DNA from: Coleofasciculus chthonoplastes F2-STO-03
Lineage (GTDB): Bacteria > Cyanobacteriota > Cyanobacteriia > Cyanobacteriales > Coleofasciculaceae
DNA length: 64,000 bases
NCBI GenBank assembly: GCA_040222015.1
Contig: JAVJWO010000193.1
Span: 32,001-96,000, forward strand
Direction: 5' to 3'
Part shown: in pieces, positions 30,614 to 39,799 of the stretch
How positions within the stretch are numbered: position 1 is the stretch's first letter
Layout: every line of letters begins with the position of its first letter
Position numbers and translations under genes: made by a program
The notes under the pieces: generated by a model
The model's input: the letters and a program-made list of their open reading frames with translations, nothing else
Databases searched by the model: none
Told to the model about the DNA's origin: nothing

Positions 30614-30684
30614 TAACTGGGTGGGTTACGGCGGATTTATCATTGAATGGTTCATTTCCTCAATTTAATACCGCCTAACCCACC

Positions 30685-30792
30685 CTACGGGTCTGGGGAA
30701 ATATGTATCTTTTTGTAAACCGAACACAACAGTTGCAATTGCCTAATTTTTGCTAAAGCGATTAGGGGACTAGCATTAGAAACCACAATCAT
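30685..30792 (-). pseudogene. Truncated DUF3368 (PIN-like) gene, copy 1
   Basis: MIVVSNASPLIALAKIRQLQLL..SPDP*; ATG overlaps the UPF0175 stop; ends in a GTAGGGTGGG repeat. Confidence 0.75.
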
Positions 30793-31073
30793 TCTTCAGT
30801 TGTATTCAATAGGGTTTCTAGGAGATGTACCTCGGCAACTAAATCTTCTGGTGTTTGATTAAAATAAGGAACATTATATCGGCTCAAAAGCTGAATAAAA
30901 TCCCATTTAGAAATTCCGACTAATTCTCCACCTTTGCCTGAAGAAATCCTCCCTTCTCGAAATAACTCAAGGGCAATCAATTCTCGGATACGCTTTTCCA
31001 AGCCAGTTTACGAGACATCAAGTACCCTAAGTAAATCACGGGGTAAATTTAAACGAACCGTTAATTCGTCCAT
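30789..31073 (-). pseudogene. UPF0175 family antitoxin-like gene with nonsense mutation
   Basis: TCG TAA ACT here versus TCG GAA ACT in copy 2. Confidence 0.85.
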
Positions 31074-31166
31074 GTTTCAATCTTGATTATTTGCGATCAA
31101 ATTTTAATCGACGCTGGTAACATAAATCTACACCTAATCGCTACAGATGGTAACGGCTAACTGGGG

Positions 31167-31720
31167 TTATTGGAGCGACGCTCTAGATAATTCCTCAACA
31201 AATGTCTGATATTCTGGGGAACCGAGTCCCTCCTGTAGCACAGTCAGAACTCGCGACATGTCTCCCTGCAACAGTGACTGCACATCCAACCGTAACCCTG
31301 GCAAAAATGGACTACTCAACACCTCGGCTCCGCTCGGTGTTGACGCTGAGCGGAGCCGAAGCGTCAACATCCCCAACGAATCCGGTTGCTGCTGTCGATA
31401 CTCTCCCTGATCCAAAATATACCAGCGAAACGCTCTATCCTGCACCAACCACACCAAATACTCCCGCACCCCATTGCGCCGATAAGCCCGTAATTTATCA
31501 TGCAGATCGTAAGACGCACTACTGGCGGCAATTTCAACAATTAGCTCTGGCGCTCCTTCAACATAGTCATCCTCACTAATCCGCGATCGCCCCCCACTCT
31601 CTTCCTCTTATAGCGCCGCTCAAACTCAGCACGACTCAAGCGATCGCCATTCTCTAAAGCAGGAATTAATTTTTGGTCAAGACTAGCCGGATTCACGAGC
31701 GCACCTCCACTAAGCGTCAC
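31167..31720 (-). pseudogene. Uma2 pseudogene (about 214-bp internal deletion)
   Basis: Paralogue of 32682-33449 lacking the ~33120-33337 equivalent, giving a frameshift. Confidence 0.88.
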
Positions 31721-32184
31721 CTTCAGGATACTTTGTCACCAATCAAGCTCCCCCTTCCCACCCCTTCGGGGAAGCAAGCTACGCAGGGAAGGGGGCTGGG
31801 GGGTTAGGTTTTTCCAATTCGCCAGCAAAGTCCTCCAAGAAGTCGGGGATCTGTCTGTGTACCTCACTTACCTGAAAAGCGCTGTATGTAAACCTGCCCT
31901 GTTTCTGGAGTTGTTCATTAGTGCCAGCGAGTTGCCCCTACCTGACTACAGGTGTTTCGGATCATCCCTAACGGGTGCGATCGCGTCCGGGGGAGACTCC
32001 TCTCTGAACCCAAGTGCATTTTCATCCTTGTTCGTTTCCCCTTGCCAATACTACGGGCAAATCCATTAATTTTCTTGAGGAACCCGAATTTTTTGTTAAC
32101 CCGGATTCAATGGTAACTTGGTGGGTTACGGCGGATTTATTATTGAATGGTTCATTTCCTAAATTTAATACCGCCTAACCCACC

Positions 32185-32292
32185 CTACGGGTCTGGGGAA
32201 ATATGTATCTTTTTGTAAACCGAACACAACAGTTGCAATTGCCCAATTTTGGCTAAAGCGATTAGGTGACTAGCATTAGAAACCACAATCAT
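32185..32292 (-). pseudogene. Truncated DUF3368 (PIN-like) gene, copy 2
   Basis: MIVVSNASHLIALAKIGQLQLL..SPDP*. Confidence 0.75.
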
Positions 32293-32573
32293 TGTTCAGT
32301 TGTATTTAATAGGGTTTCTAAGAGATTTACCTCGGCAACTAAATTCTCTGGAGTCTGATTAAAATAAGGGACTTTGTATCGGCTCAAAAGCTGAATAAAA
32401 TCCCATTTAGAGACCCCCAATAATTCTCCACCTTTACCAGAATAAATCCTGCCTTCTCGAAATAACTCAATTGCAATCAATTCTCTGATACGCTTTTCTA
32501 AGCCAGTTTCCGAGACATCAAGTACCCCAAGTAAATCACGGGGTAAATTTAAACGAACCGTTAATTCTTCCAT
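32289..32573 (-). CDS. UPF0175 family protein (putative antitoxin)
   Basis: ELFREGRIYSGKGGELLGVSKWDFIQLL..VPY; ATG at 32573. Confidence 0.85.
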   Translation of the reverse strand: MEELTVRLNLPRDLLGVLDVSETGLEKRIRELIAIELFREGRIYSGKGGELLGVSKWDFIQLLSRYKVPYFNQTPENLVAEVNLLETLLNTTEQ

Positions 32574-32681
32574 GTTTAAATCTTGATTATTTGCGATCAA
32601 ATTTTAATCGACGGTGGCAACATAAATCTACACTACCAATTTCTACACCTAATCGCCACAGATTGTAACAGCTAACTGGGA

Positions 32682-33449
32682 TTACTGGAGCGATGTTCTA
32701 GACAATTCCTCTACAAATGCCTGATGCTCTGGGCAACCGATTCCCTCCTGTAGCACAGTCAGAACTCGCGACATATCTCCCCGCAACAGTGCCTGCACAT
32801 CCAACCGTAACCCTGGTAAAAAGGGACTACTCAACACCTCGGCTCCGCTCGGTGTTGACGCTGAGCGGAGCCGAAGCGTCAACACCCCTAACGAATCCGG
32901 TTGCTGCTGTCGATACTCTCCCTGATCCAAAACATACCAGCGAAACTTCCTATCCTGCACCAACCACACCAGATACTCCCGTACCCCATTGCGCCGATAA
33001 GCCTGTAACTTATCATGAAGATCATAAGACACGCTACTGGCAGCAATTTCAACAATTAGCTCTGGCGCTCCTTCCACATAGTCATCCTCACTAATCCGCG
33101 ATCGCCCCCCACTCTCTTCATCTAGCCGCAGCAGCGCATCGGGTTGCGGTTCGTTGTCTAAATCCAGGCGTACCGTCGCATTATCCGCTAATTCAACACC
33201 CGGTGTCCCAGCCACATAAACCCCTAACCAGGTCATCACTTGGCTATGGGGTTTACCGTGTCGGTTATAGCGTAGAGGCGATGCCACGTAAACCACTCCT
33301 TCAATTAACTCGGCTTTCTTGATATCAGGTATCAGAGAATAGCGTCGCTCAAACTCAGCACGAGTCAAGCGATCGCCATTCTCTAAAGCGGGAATCAGTT
33401 GTTGGGCAAGACTACCATAATTCACGATCGCACCTCCAGTAAGCGTCAC
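32682..33449 (-). CDS. Uma2 family endonuclease-like protein with 16-aa palindrome-derived insertion
   Basis: LENGDRLTRAEFERRY, EPQPDA, GAPELIVEIAASS, YRRNGVREY. Confidence 0.9.
   Translation of the reverse strand: MTLTGGAIVNYGSLAQQLIPALENGDRLTRAEFERRYSLIPDIKKAELIEGVVYVASPLRYNRHGKPHSQVMTWLGVYVAGTPGVELADNATVRLDLDNEPQPDALLRLDEESGGRSRISEDDYVEGAPELIVEIAASSVSYDLHDKLQAYRRNGVREYLVWLVQDRKFRWYVLDQGEYRQQQPDSLGVLTLRLRSASTPSGAEVLSSPFLPGLRLDVQALLRGDMSRVLTVLQEGIGCPEHQAFVEELSRTSLQ
32831..32886. repeat. In-frame palindromic insertion in Uma2 (also 31316-31371)
   Basis: Minus strand GGTGTTGA-CGCTTCGGCTCCGCTCAGCG-TCAACACC-GAGCGGAGCCGA-GGTGTTGA. Confidence 0.85.
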
Positions 33450-33969
33450 ATCTTCAGGATATCTTTGTCACACAATCAATCCTCTGCTCCATCCATTAGA
33501 AGAGAGGGTAGGCGACCCAACCGTCTGTAGGGGCGGGTTTTACCGATAACATGCTCTTCAAAACTGATAACTTATGTAAACCCGCCCTGTTTCTGGAGTT
33601 GTTCATTAGTGCCAGCGCCCCGCCCCTACCTGACCCCAGGTGTTTTGGCTCATCCCTAACGGGTGCGATCGCGTGGGGGAGACTCCTATCTAACCCAAGT
33701 ACATTTTCATCCTTGTTCGTTCCCCCTTGCCAATACTACGGGCAAATCCATTAATTTTCTTGAGGAACCTGAATCTTTTTTTAACCCGGAATCAATGATA
33801 ACTTGGTGGGTTACGGCGGATTTATTATTGAACGGTTCATTGCCTATATTTAATACCGCCTAACCCACCCTACGGGTCACGCTTGATTGGGGTCTATAGG
33901 ACGGCACATTTTCCCATGATATAAAATTACCTAAAATCTCCATGAAAGTCAATCCCTAATTCTATTTTT

Positions 33970-34104
33970 TTAGCCGCGATTACCATTTGTTACCCAAATA
34001 AAATCAGTAAGAGCTTGCTCAATCTGCTCCGATTCGGCTCCAAATTTGGCCAATAATTCTCGGTAAACGGTAGGGGGAATAAATACTTCTGCAGCCAGCT
34101 CTAA
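33970..34104 (-). pseudogene. Internal fragment of another DUF3368-like gene
   Basis: Hand translation LELAAEVFIPPTVYRELLAKFGAESEQIEQALTDFIWV..*; no start. Confidence 0.55.
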
Positions 34105-34292
34105 GCCTGACGCCCCACACCCGCACGCTTATTTTTCGGAGAGGGAAGCCCCACTAACGCGGCGTCTGACAGATCAGTGTAGGTCTGAATTAGCTCAATT
34201 TAGGTATTTTAAGTAGCCAATCGGAGTTTCCATTTACACGCTCTGTTCTAATTTCCATTTTCTCCTCCCCATTATCACAGTAGTTACGAAAA

Positions 34293-34745
34293 CTAACGAC
34301 AATCCGGCAGAAAATTTTGAGCCAAAATCTCTTCTATCTCAAAAGGACAGGATAAGGGAAATGCCGTCTCAGGAAGACCCGTTTCTCTACAGGCATCTCG
34401 CACAGCTTTCGGATACACCCTTGCCAATCCCTGCTCCAACTCGCCTCTTAAACTCGGACTATCTAGCAATAGGGCTTCAATTTCATCACGCTGATGATCA
34501 ATCGTCACTAGCCAACTTTTGCTTTGTTTGTCGGGTTGATATTGCCACTTGAGCAGGTGCATGACTAAAACCTGTAAGCGGCTGCGAAGTTGACGGAGGT
34601 CACGCTTGCCCATACTTTCTAGCTCTTCAGCAATATGCTCCACATCAATTTCGGACAAACAGCCTCGCCGCAGTAATTCTACATTTTTACGAATCCAAGC
34701 ATAGAAGTCCAGATCGTATTCAGCCTCTAGATTCATCGTTCTCAT
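34293..34745 (-). CDS. DUF29 family protein
   Basis: YDLDFYAW, EELESMGK, HLLKWQYQP, SPSL, CPF. Confidence 0.92.
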   Translation of the reverse strand: MRTMNLEAEYDLDFYAWIRKNVELLRRGCLSEIDVEHIAEELESMGKRDLRQLRSRLQVLVMHLLKWQYQPDKQSKSWLVTIDHQRDEIEALLLDSPSLRGELEQGLARVYPKAVRDACRETGLPETAFPLSCPFEIEEILAQNFLPDCR

Positions 34746-35148
34746 GCTCCAATCAATATAAATCTATTTTCTAGCCGTCGTCTAATCGGCACAATTCAAA
34801 TTATCGATCAGGCTGTATAAAATACTATTTTAGCTGGTATAAATCCGGCTGGGTATTTGATTTTCCTCTGGAATCAATGATAACTTGGTGGGTGACGGCG
34901 GATTTATTATTGAACGGTTCATTTCCTAAATTTAATACCGCCTAACCCACCCTACGAGTCACGGTTGATTGGGGTCTATAGGACGGTACATTTTCCCATG
35001 ATATAGATAGAATAATGGCTCTCATCCTTGTAGTGCGAGCATCTTGCTCGCTACCCAGTCTCATCCTTGTAGTGCGAGCATCTTGCTCGCTACCCATTCC
35101 CAATTTAAATGCGTGACAGCTTACACTAGGTCATCCTCTTCTTGACAA

Positions 35149-35940
35149 TTATCGCCATCCACTCTCTTGCAACAGGGTAGCCGCCCAAACAGCGTCATCT
35201 CCCTTGAGAGGGGGTACAGGTTCACTCCCATAATCCACAGCTAAGTCAAAACTGGCTCTGTCATAGACTTGGGTGAATAACTCCTGTAAATCCACAATGG
35301 GTTCCACATCGGTTGACGTCAAAGGTAGTGGAAAAACTGGAATTTTCTCACGAACCCCAAACCGATACAACTGAGCTAGGGGTCGTTTGTCGCTACGACT
35401 GATTAAAATATTGTAATCACTGCGTGGTCTTTCTCCCAAAATTAGCATCGGCTTTCCCCCCCTCAACAAATCAATTTCGACTAAATGGGTAAAACTGCCT
35501 AAAACCTCTAGGCGTTTGCGAGAATAAGCCTGACGTCCCACACCCGCACGCTTATTTTTCGGGGACAGGATTTCTATGGCTGTCACCACCGCCCCGGTTC
35601 CAATTTCTCGAATTTCTAAATAACTCTCCCTGACTTCTTCCGGTATCGGTATTTTAACCGTTACAGGTTCATTTTGAGTTAACACAGTCGCCGTTGATGA
35701 AGTCGTTGATGAGTTCTGATTTGGGGTTGAACGTCTAGACACAACAGCCACATCAGGAAGTCCGACTAACGCGGCGTCTGACAGATCAGTATAGGTTCGT
35801 TTTTCGACAGCGACTCGGTATTTAGGGCGCAGTTGTGGACCCAAAAAATCGGCTAGGTTCACGATTAACCGACTATGAACCTCCGCCCATAATTCGGAAT
35901 ATTCTAAATAAGGGTCCATGCCCGGAAAGGGAGAAGGCAT
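35149..35940 (-). CDS. DUF4058 family protein
   Basis: MPSPFPGMDPYLE, IEILSPKNK, HLVEIDLLRGG. Confidence 0.92.
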   Translation of the reverse strand: MPSPFPGMDPYLEYSELWAEVHSRLIVNLADFLGPQLRPKYRVAVEKRTYTDLSDAALVGLPDVAVVSRRSTPNQNSSTTSSTATVLTQNEPVTVKIPIPEEVRESYLEIREIGTGAVVTAIEILSPKNKRAGVGRQAYSRKRLEVLGSFTHLVEIDLLRGGKPMLILGERPRSDYNILISRSDKRPLAQLYRFGVREKIPVFPLPLTSTDVEPIVDLQELFTQVYDRASFDLAVDYGSEPVPPLKGDDAVWAATLLQESGWR

Positions 35941-36080
35941 CTGAATGACCTCAACGTAGGTATTTTAAGCAGCCAATCGGAACTTCCATTTACACACTCT
36001 GTTCTAATTTCAATTTATATCATCCTTCATCACCCAAATGGAAAGTTATCTCTTCCAATCCCCGTCCTCACGAAGTAGGG

Positions 36081-36548
36081 CTAGGTTGATGAACCTTCTG
36101 TCTCCATCTGAGAATTCGGCCAAAAGTCTTCGCACATCACCTGCTCGAAGGAAAACGGACAAACATCAGGAAACTGTTCATCGGGTAAATCCGTTTCCGC
36201 GATCGCCAAATCCCTGGCTTCAAGCCAACTTTCCTCCATCGCTTCATCTAAGCGGGATTTCAACCCTGGATTACGCCGTAGCAGCTTGGCAATCGCAGTT
36301 CTTTGCACCCGAATCGTCGCTCGCCAACTGTTCGTTTGTTTCCAATATTGAACTTGCCACTTCAACAAGTGAGCGATCAACTGAATCAATCGAGATTCTA
36401 GTTGATCGTAGTGACGATTCCCCAAGTCTTCTAACTCCTCAACCAGATGACCCAAATCCAACTGCTCAAACCTACCCTGACGGAGTAAATTCGCTTGATT
36501 GAATGCCCAACTATAAAAATCCCGTTCATAAAGGGCTTCTCCTGCCAT
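36081..36548 (-). CDS. DUF29 family protein
   Basis: LYERDFYSW, EELEDLG, HLLKWQ, NPGLK, CPFS; start placed at MAGEAL. Confidence 0.92.
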   Translation of the reverse strand: MAGEALYERDFYSWAFNQANLLRQGRFEQLDLGHLVEELEDLGNRHYDQLESRLIQLIAHLLKWQVQYWKQTNSWRATIRVQRTAIAKLLRRNPGLKSRLDEAMEESWLEARDLAIAETDLPDEQFPDVCPFSFEQVMCEDFWPNSQMETEGSST

Positions 36549-36836
36549 TTTATCCTCCCTGTTATCACAGTAGTTAAGAAAACTCATCCCCTCTCCCCTG
36601 GTGGGAGAGGGGCTGGGGGAGAGGGGGTTTCAGCTTAAGTTGACACCACCATGTTAGCTATGCCAGTCCAGTAGAACTCCATATCCCTACCCCATCAACA
36701 ATGGCACCAGGGTTGCTGATTTTCCATGTTAAGTCTAGAAAGATTTGATTGATATCAGCCATTGAATTCACTCTCATGACGCTACAGCTCGACGCTGTAT
36801 GCTAATGGTAATCATGCTTATCGGTGTAGGAGAACT

Positions 36837-37691
36837 ATGGAATTGACGCAAAATACAGAACTGAGAACGATTGAGGATGAAGATGAAATTTCCTTACTCG
36901 ATATTATTCAGTTTTTCCGCCGCAACTGGCGGTTTATGGCATGGGGAACCCTGGGACTATCAGCCGTCGCGATCGCTCTCTCCCTACTCATGCCCAAACA
37001 GTACCAGAAACAGCTCACCCTCTCAGTCACGCCGGTTCCTATCTCGGTGTCCGGTATCCCTGGCGTCGATATCCAGCAAGCCAGTAACCAAACCGTAAAA
37101 CTTTTGGAGAATCATTACGACAAAATCGATGAAACTGAGGTTAAACCCACCTATAACACTGAAACCCAGCAAATCGACATCACCGTGCGATCGCCTGATA
37201 CGGGTTTCTTAGCTGAAGCTGGCTCCCAAGTCTCTACCCTGCTCCAGCAGGAGTTTCAAGATACATTAGGTAAAGCGATCGCCAATAGTCTCTTCAGCAC
37301 CGAGCTGGAAATCACCAAACAGCAACAAGTTCTCGAACAGCTCGAACAACAAATTGCTCAAGTTCGTGACTCCAATATCATCGATCCCGAACGGATTAGA
37401 ACGACTCTCAGGCTGGAGGCGCTAGAGACACAACGGGCAGCTGTTCTGGCTCGCATTGCCAGCCTAGAATTTGATAAACAGTATCTCGAACCCGCCCAGA
37501 AGAATCTAGCGGAGTTTACCTCTCAAATTATTTCTATCCAACTCTTAAGCGAATCCAAAGTTGAACCGACACGCTCCCTAGTACAAATCGCAGTACTGGC
37601 TGCGATCGCTAGTTTCATGGTTGCCATCCTGGCTGCGATTATCCGCGATCAAGCCAGACGCCTCAAGGATGAGTTATCCCAGAAAAAGTAG
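36837..37691 (+). CDS. Wzz/FepE-like chain-length determinant
   Basis: DEISLLDIIQFFRRNW, N- and C-terminal TM segments, central coiled coil. Confidence 0.8.
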   Translation: MELTQNTELRTIEDEDEISLLDIIQFFRRNWRFMAWGTLGLSAVAIALSLLMPKQYQKQLTLSVTPVPISVSGIPGVDIQQASNQTVKLLENHYDKIDETEVKPTYNTETQQIDITVRSPDTGFLAEAGSQVSTLLQQEFQDTLGKAIANSLFSTELEITKQQQVLEQLEQQIAQVRDSNIIDPERIRTTLRLEALETQRAAVLARIASLEFDKQYLEPAQKNLAEFTSQIISIQLLSESKVEPTRSLVQIAVLAAIASFMVAILAAIIRDQARRLKDELSQKK

Positions 37692-37838
37692 CTACGCTTA
37701 GGGAACTAAAGTTCCCACTACGAACCTTTTGTGCAACTGATAGGCTTGTCTGTGGGGAACAAAAGTGATCCTAGCCAGGACGTTAAAGCCAATGTATCAT
37801 ACCTTGTTGCAGCCAGTATCGCCTTAGAGGTGCCGTTC

Positions 37839-39752
37839 ATGCCCCAAAAAAGGCTCTTTCCTTCCGCATATCGATTGGGACAACTTGGACTCGATGGATT
37901 TGTAGCTTGGTCAGCTTGCAGCCTTGCTTTTTGGTTCCGCTTTGATGGTCATATTCCTGCTTCTCACCAAACCATGGCTGGGATGCTTCCCCTCTTAGCA
38001 ATTCCCGGGCGTTTGCTGTTTCACACCATTTTTGGTCTGTACCGCCAAGTCTGGCGTTTATTTGGACTGAAAGATGCTACCACCCTTTGCCAGTCGATCA
38101 CTCTCTATTCCTTACTCCTTCTAGTCATCACTCGCTTACTGATTCCCCGCTTTACCTCCTTTTCGGGAATTCCCTTGGGTGTGGCGGTGATTGACTGGAG
38201 TTTTTGTGTGATGGGGATGATCGCCCTACGCTACGCCCGTCGTCGATTTGTCCTTTACCACCCACGCGATCGCACGGCTTCACCCAGAGATCCCCAGCGG
38301 GTACTATTAGTCGGTGCGGGGCGGGCTGGATCACAAATTGTCCAGGAAGTCAACCAAAATCGCCAGCTTAACCTGGAAATTCTCGGCTTTCTGGATGATG
38401 ATCCGACGAAGATTGGACGTAAAGTGGAAGGTATACCCGTTCTCGGTGCGACATCCCAACTTGTACCCATTGCCAAACGCCTCAACGCCGATGAAGTGAT
38501 AATTTCTATGCCCTCGGCTAAGGCGTCCCAAATCCGCAAATTGGTGGAACTTGCCCAAGGTAGCGCCCTGAAACTGAAAGTGTTACCGGGACAAGCCGAA
38601 CTGTTATGCGATCGCTCTCTGACTCCCCAAGCTAGACCCATCCAAATCCAGGATATCCTGGGACGCCCGGAGATTAAACTCGACTTTGCCGATGAATTTA
38701 ATCAGCAATTTCCCTCCGCGCGATCGCAAGTCTATCAGCGCACGGTTCTAGTTACGGGTGCAGGCGGTACGATTGGTTCAGAAATCTGTCGCCAGCTTGC
38801 TCGTCTCGAACCCCAACATCTCCTATTACTGGGACGCGGGGAAAATAGTATTTTCAACATAGAGCAAGAATTGCGCCGCGATTTCCCCAACCTGAAGGCG
38901 ACACCCATTATTGCCGATATTCGCCATCAACGTCGTATCCAGACCATCTTCCAAACCTGGCAACCTCAAATTGTTTTCCATGCAGCGGCTCATAAACATG
39001 TCCCCTTAATGCAGCATAACCCCACTGAAGCCCTGGAAAACAATGCTTTGGCATCGGCTCATCTGGCACAACTAGCGGAACAACAGGGTGTAGATACCTT
39101 TGTCCTCATTTCTACCGACAAAGCCGTTGATCCCTGTAACTTTATGGGTTTAAGTAAGCGGTTAGCCGAACTCCTGGTTAAAGCGTGCGCCGCCAAAAGC
39201 CAAACCCGCTTTCTTGTGGTGCGCTTTGGCAACGTTTTAGGGAGTCGTGGTAGTGTGATCCCAATTTTCCAGGCACAAATTGCCAGAGGCGGTCCTGTCA
39301 CCGTCACTGACCCCAATATGACCCGTTATTTCATGACCACTCCTGAAGCCTCTCAGCTTGTGATTCAGAGCCTTGCTGTTGGACAATCCGGTCAAACTTT
39401 AATTTTAGATATGGGTCAACCTGTAAAAATCTTAGACTTGGCACAACAAATGATTCAGTTGGCAGGTTTCATGCCAGAACTGGATATCCCAATTAAGATT
39501 ACCGGATTGCGTCCCGGCGAGAAACTGCATGAATCCTTAGTCTGTGCGACAGAAAAAGTCATACCCACCGCTCACCCCAAAATTTTAGCGGTTTCTAGTC
39601 AACCGCCAGCACCCTTATCCCAGCAAAAGGCGATCGCGACTCTCTTAGATGCGACTACGGCTAGCTTACCCCCTGACTGTCTCTGGAAAACCGCTCAGCA
39701 TTGTATTACTGTTCTGGAAGATTACCCAGTATGTAAACAGTCAGCAATGTAA
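37839..39752 (+). CDS. UDP-GlcNAc 4,6-dehydratase, membrane-bound (PglF/WbpM/CapD family)
   Basis: Four TM segments, VGAGRAG, TGAGGTIGSE, HAAAHKHVP, STDKAV, RFGNVLGSRGSV, GLRPGEKL. Confidence 0.95.
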   Translation: MPQKRLFPSAYRLGQLGLDGFVAWSACSLAFWFRFDGHIPASHQTMAGMLPLLAIPGRLLFHTIFGLYRQVWRLFGLKDATTLCQSITLYSLLLLVITRLLIPRFTSFSGIPLGVAVIDWSFCVMGMIALRYARRRFVLYHPRDRTASPRDPQRVLLVGAGRAGSQIVQEVNQNRQLNLEILGFLDDDPTKIGRKVEGIPVLGATSQLVPIAKRLNADEVIISMPSAKASQIRKLVELAQGSALKLKVLPGQAELLCDRSLTPQARPIQIQDILGRPEIKLDFADEFNQQFPSARSQVYQRTVLVTGAGGTIGSEICRQLARLEPQHLLLLGRGENSIFNIEQELRRDFPNLKATPIIADIRHQRRIQTIFQTWQPQIVFHAAAHKHVPLMQHNPTEALENNALASAHLAQLAEQQGVDTFVLISTDKAVDPCNFMGLSKRLAELLVKACAAKSQTRFLVVRFGNVLGSRGSVIPIFQAQIARGGPVTVTDPNMTRYFMTTPEASQLVIQSLAVGQSGQTLILDMGQPVKILDLAQQMIQLAGFMPELDIPIKITGLRPGEKLHESLVCATEKVIPTAHPKILAVSSQPPAPLSQQKAIATLLDATTASLPPDCLWKTAQHCITVLEDYPVCKQSAM

Positions 39753-39799
39753 CAGGGAATCGGCAACAGATAATACTTAATTTCAATGTATATTCGCTG

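Larger units (their letters stand above)
30308..33880. repeat. Tandem ~1.5-1.7-kb module: two full copies plus a partial third
   Basis: TTCATTAGTGCCAGC..GCCAATACTACGGGCAAATCC..CCCACCCTACGGG block recurs at ~30317, ~31914 and ~33602; genes duplicated. Confidence 0.92.

Noticed and set aside
30245..33863. Repeated plus-strand ORFs (30245, 31202, 31857, 32717, 33551, 33663)
   Set aside because: Similarity comes from the DNA duplication; frames are not conserved between copies or are antisense to Uma2
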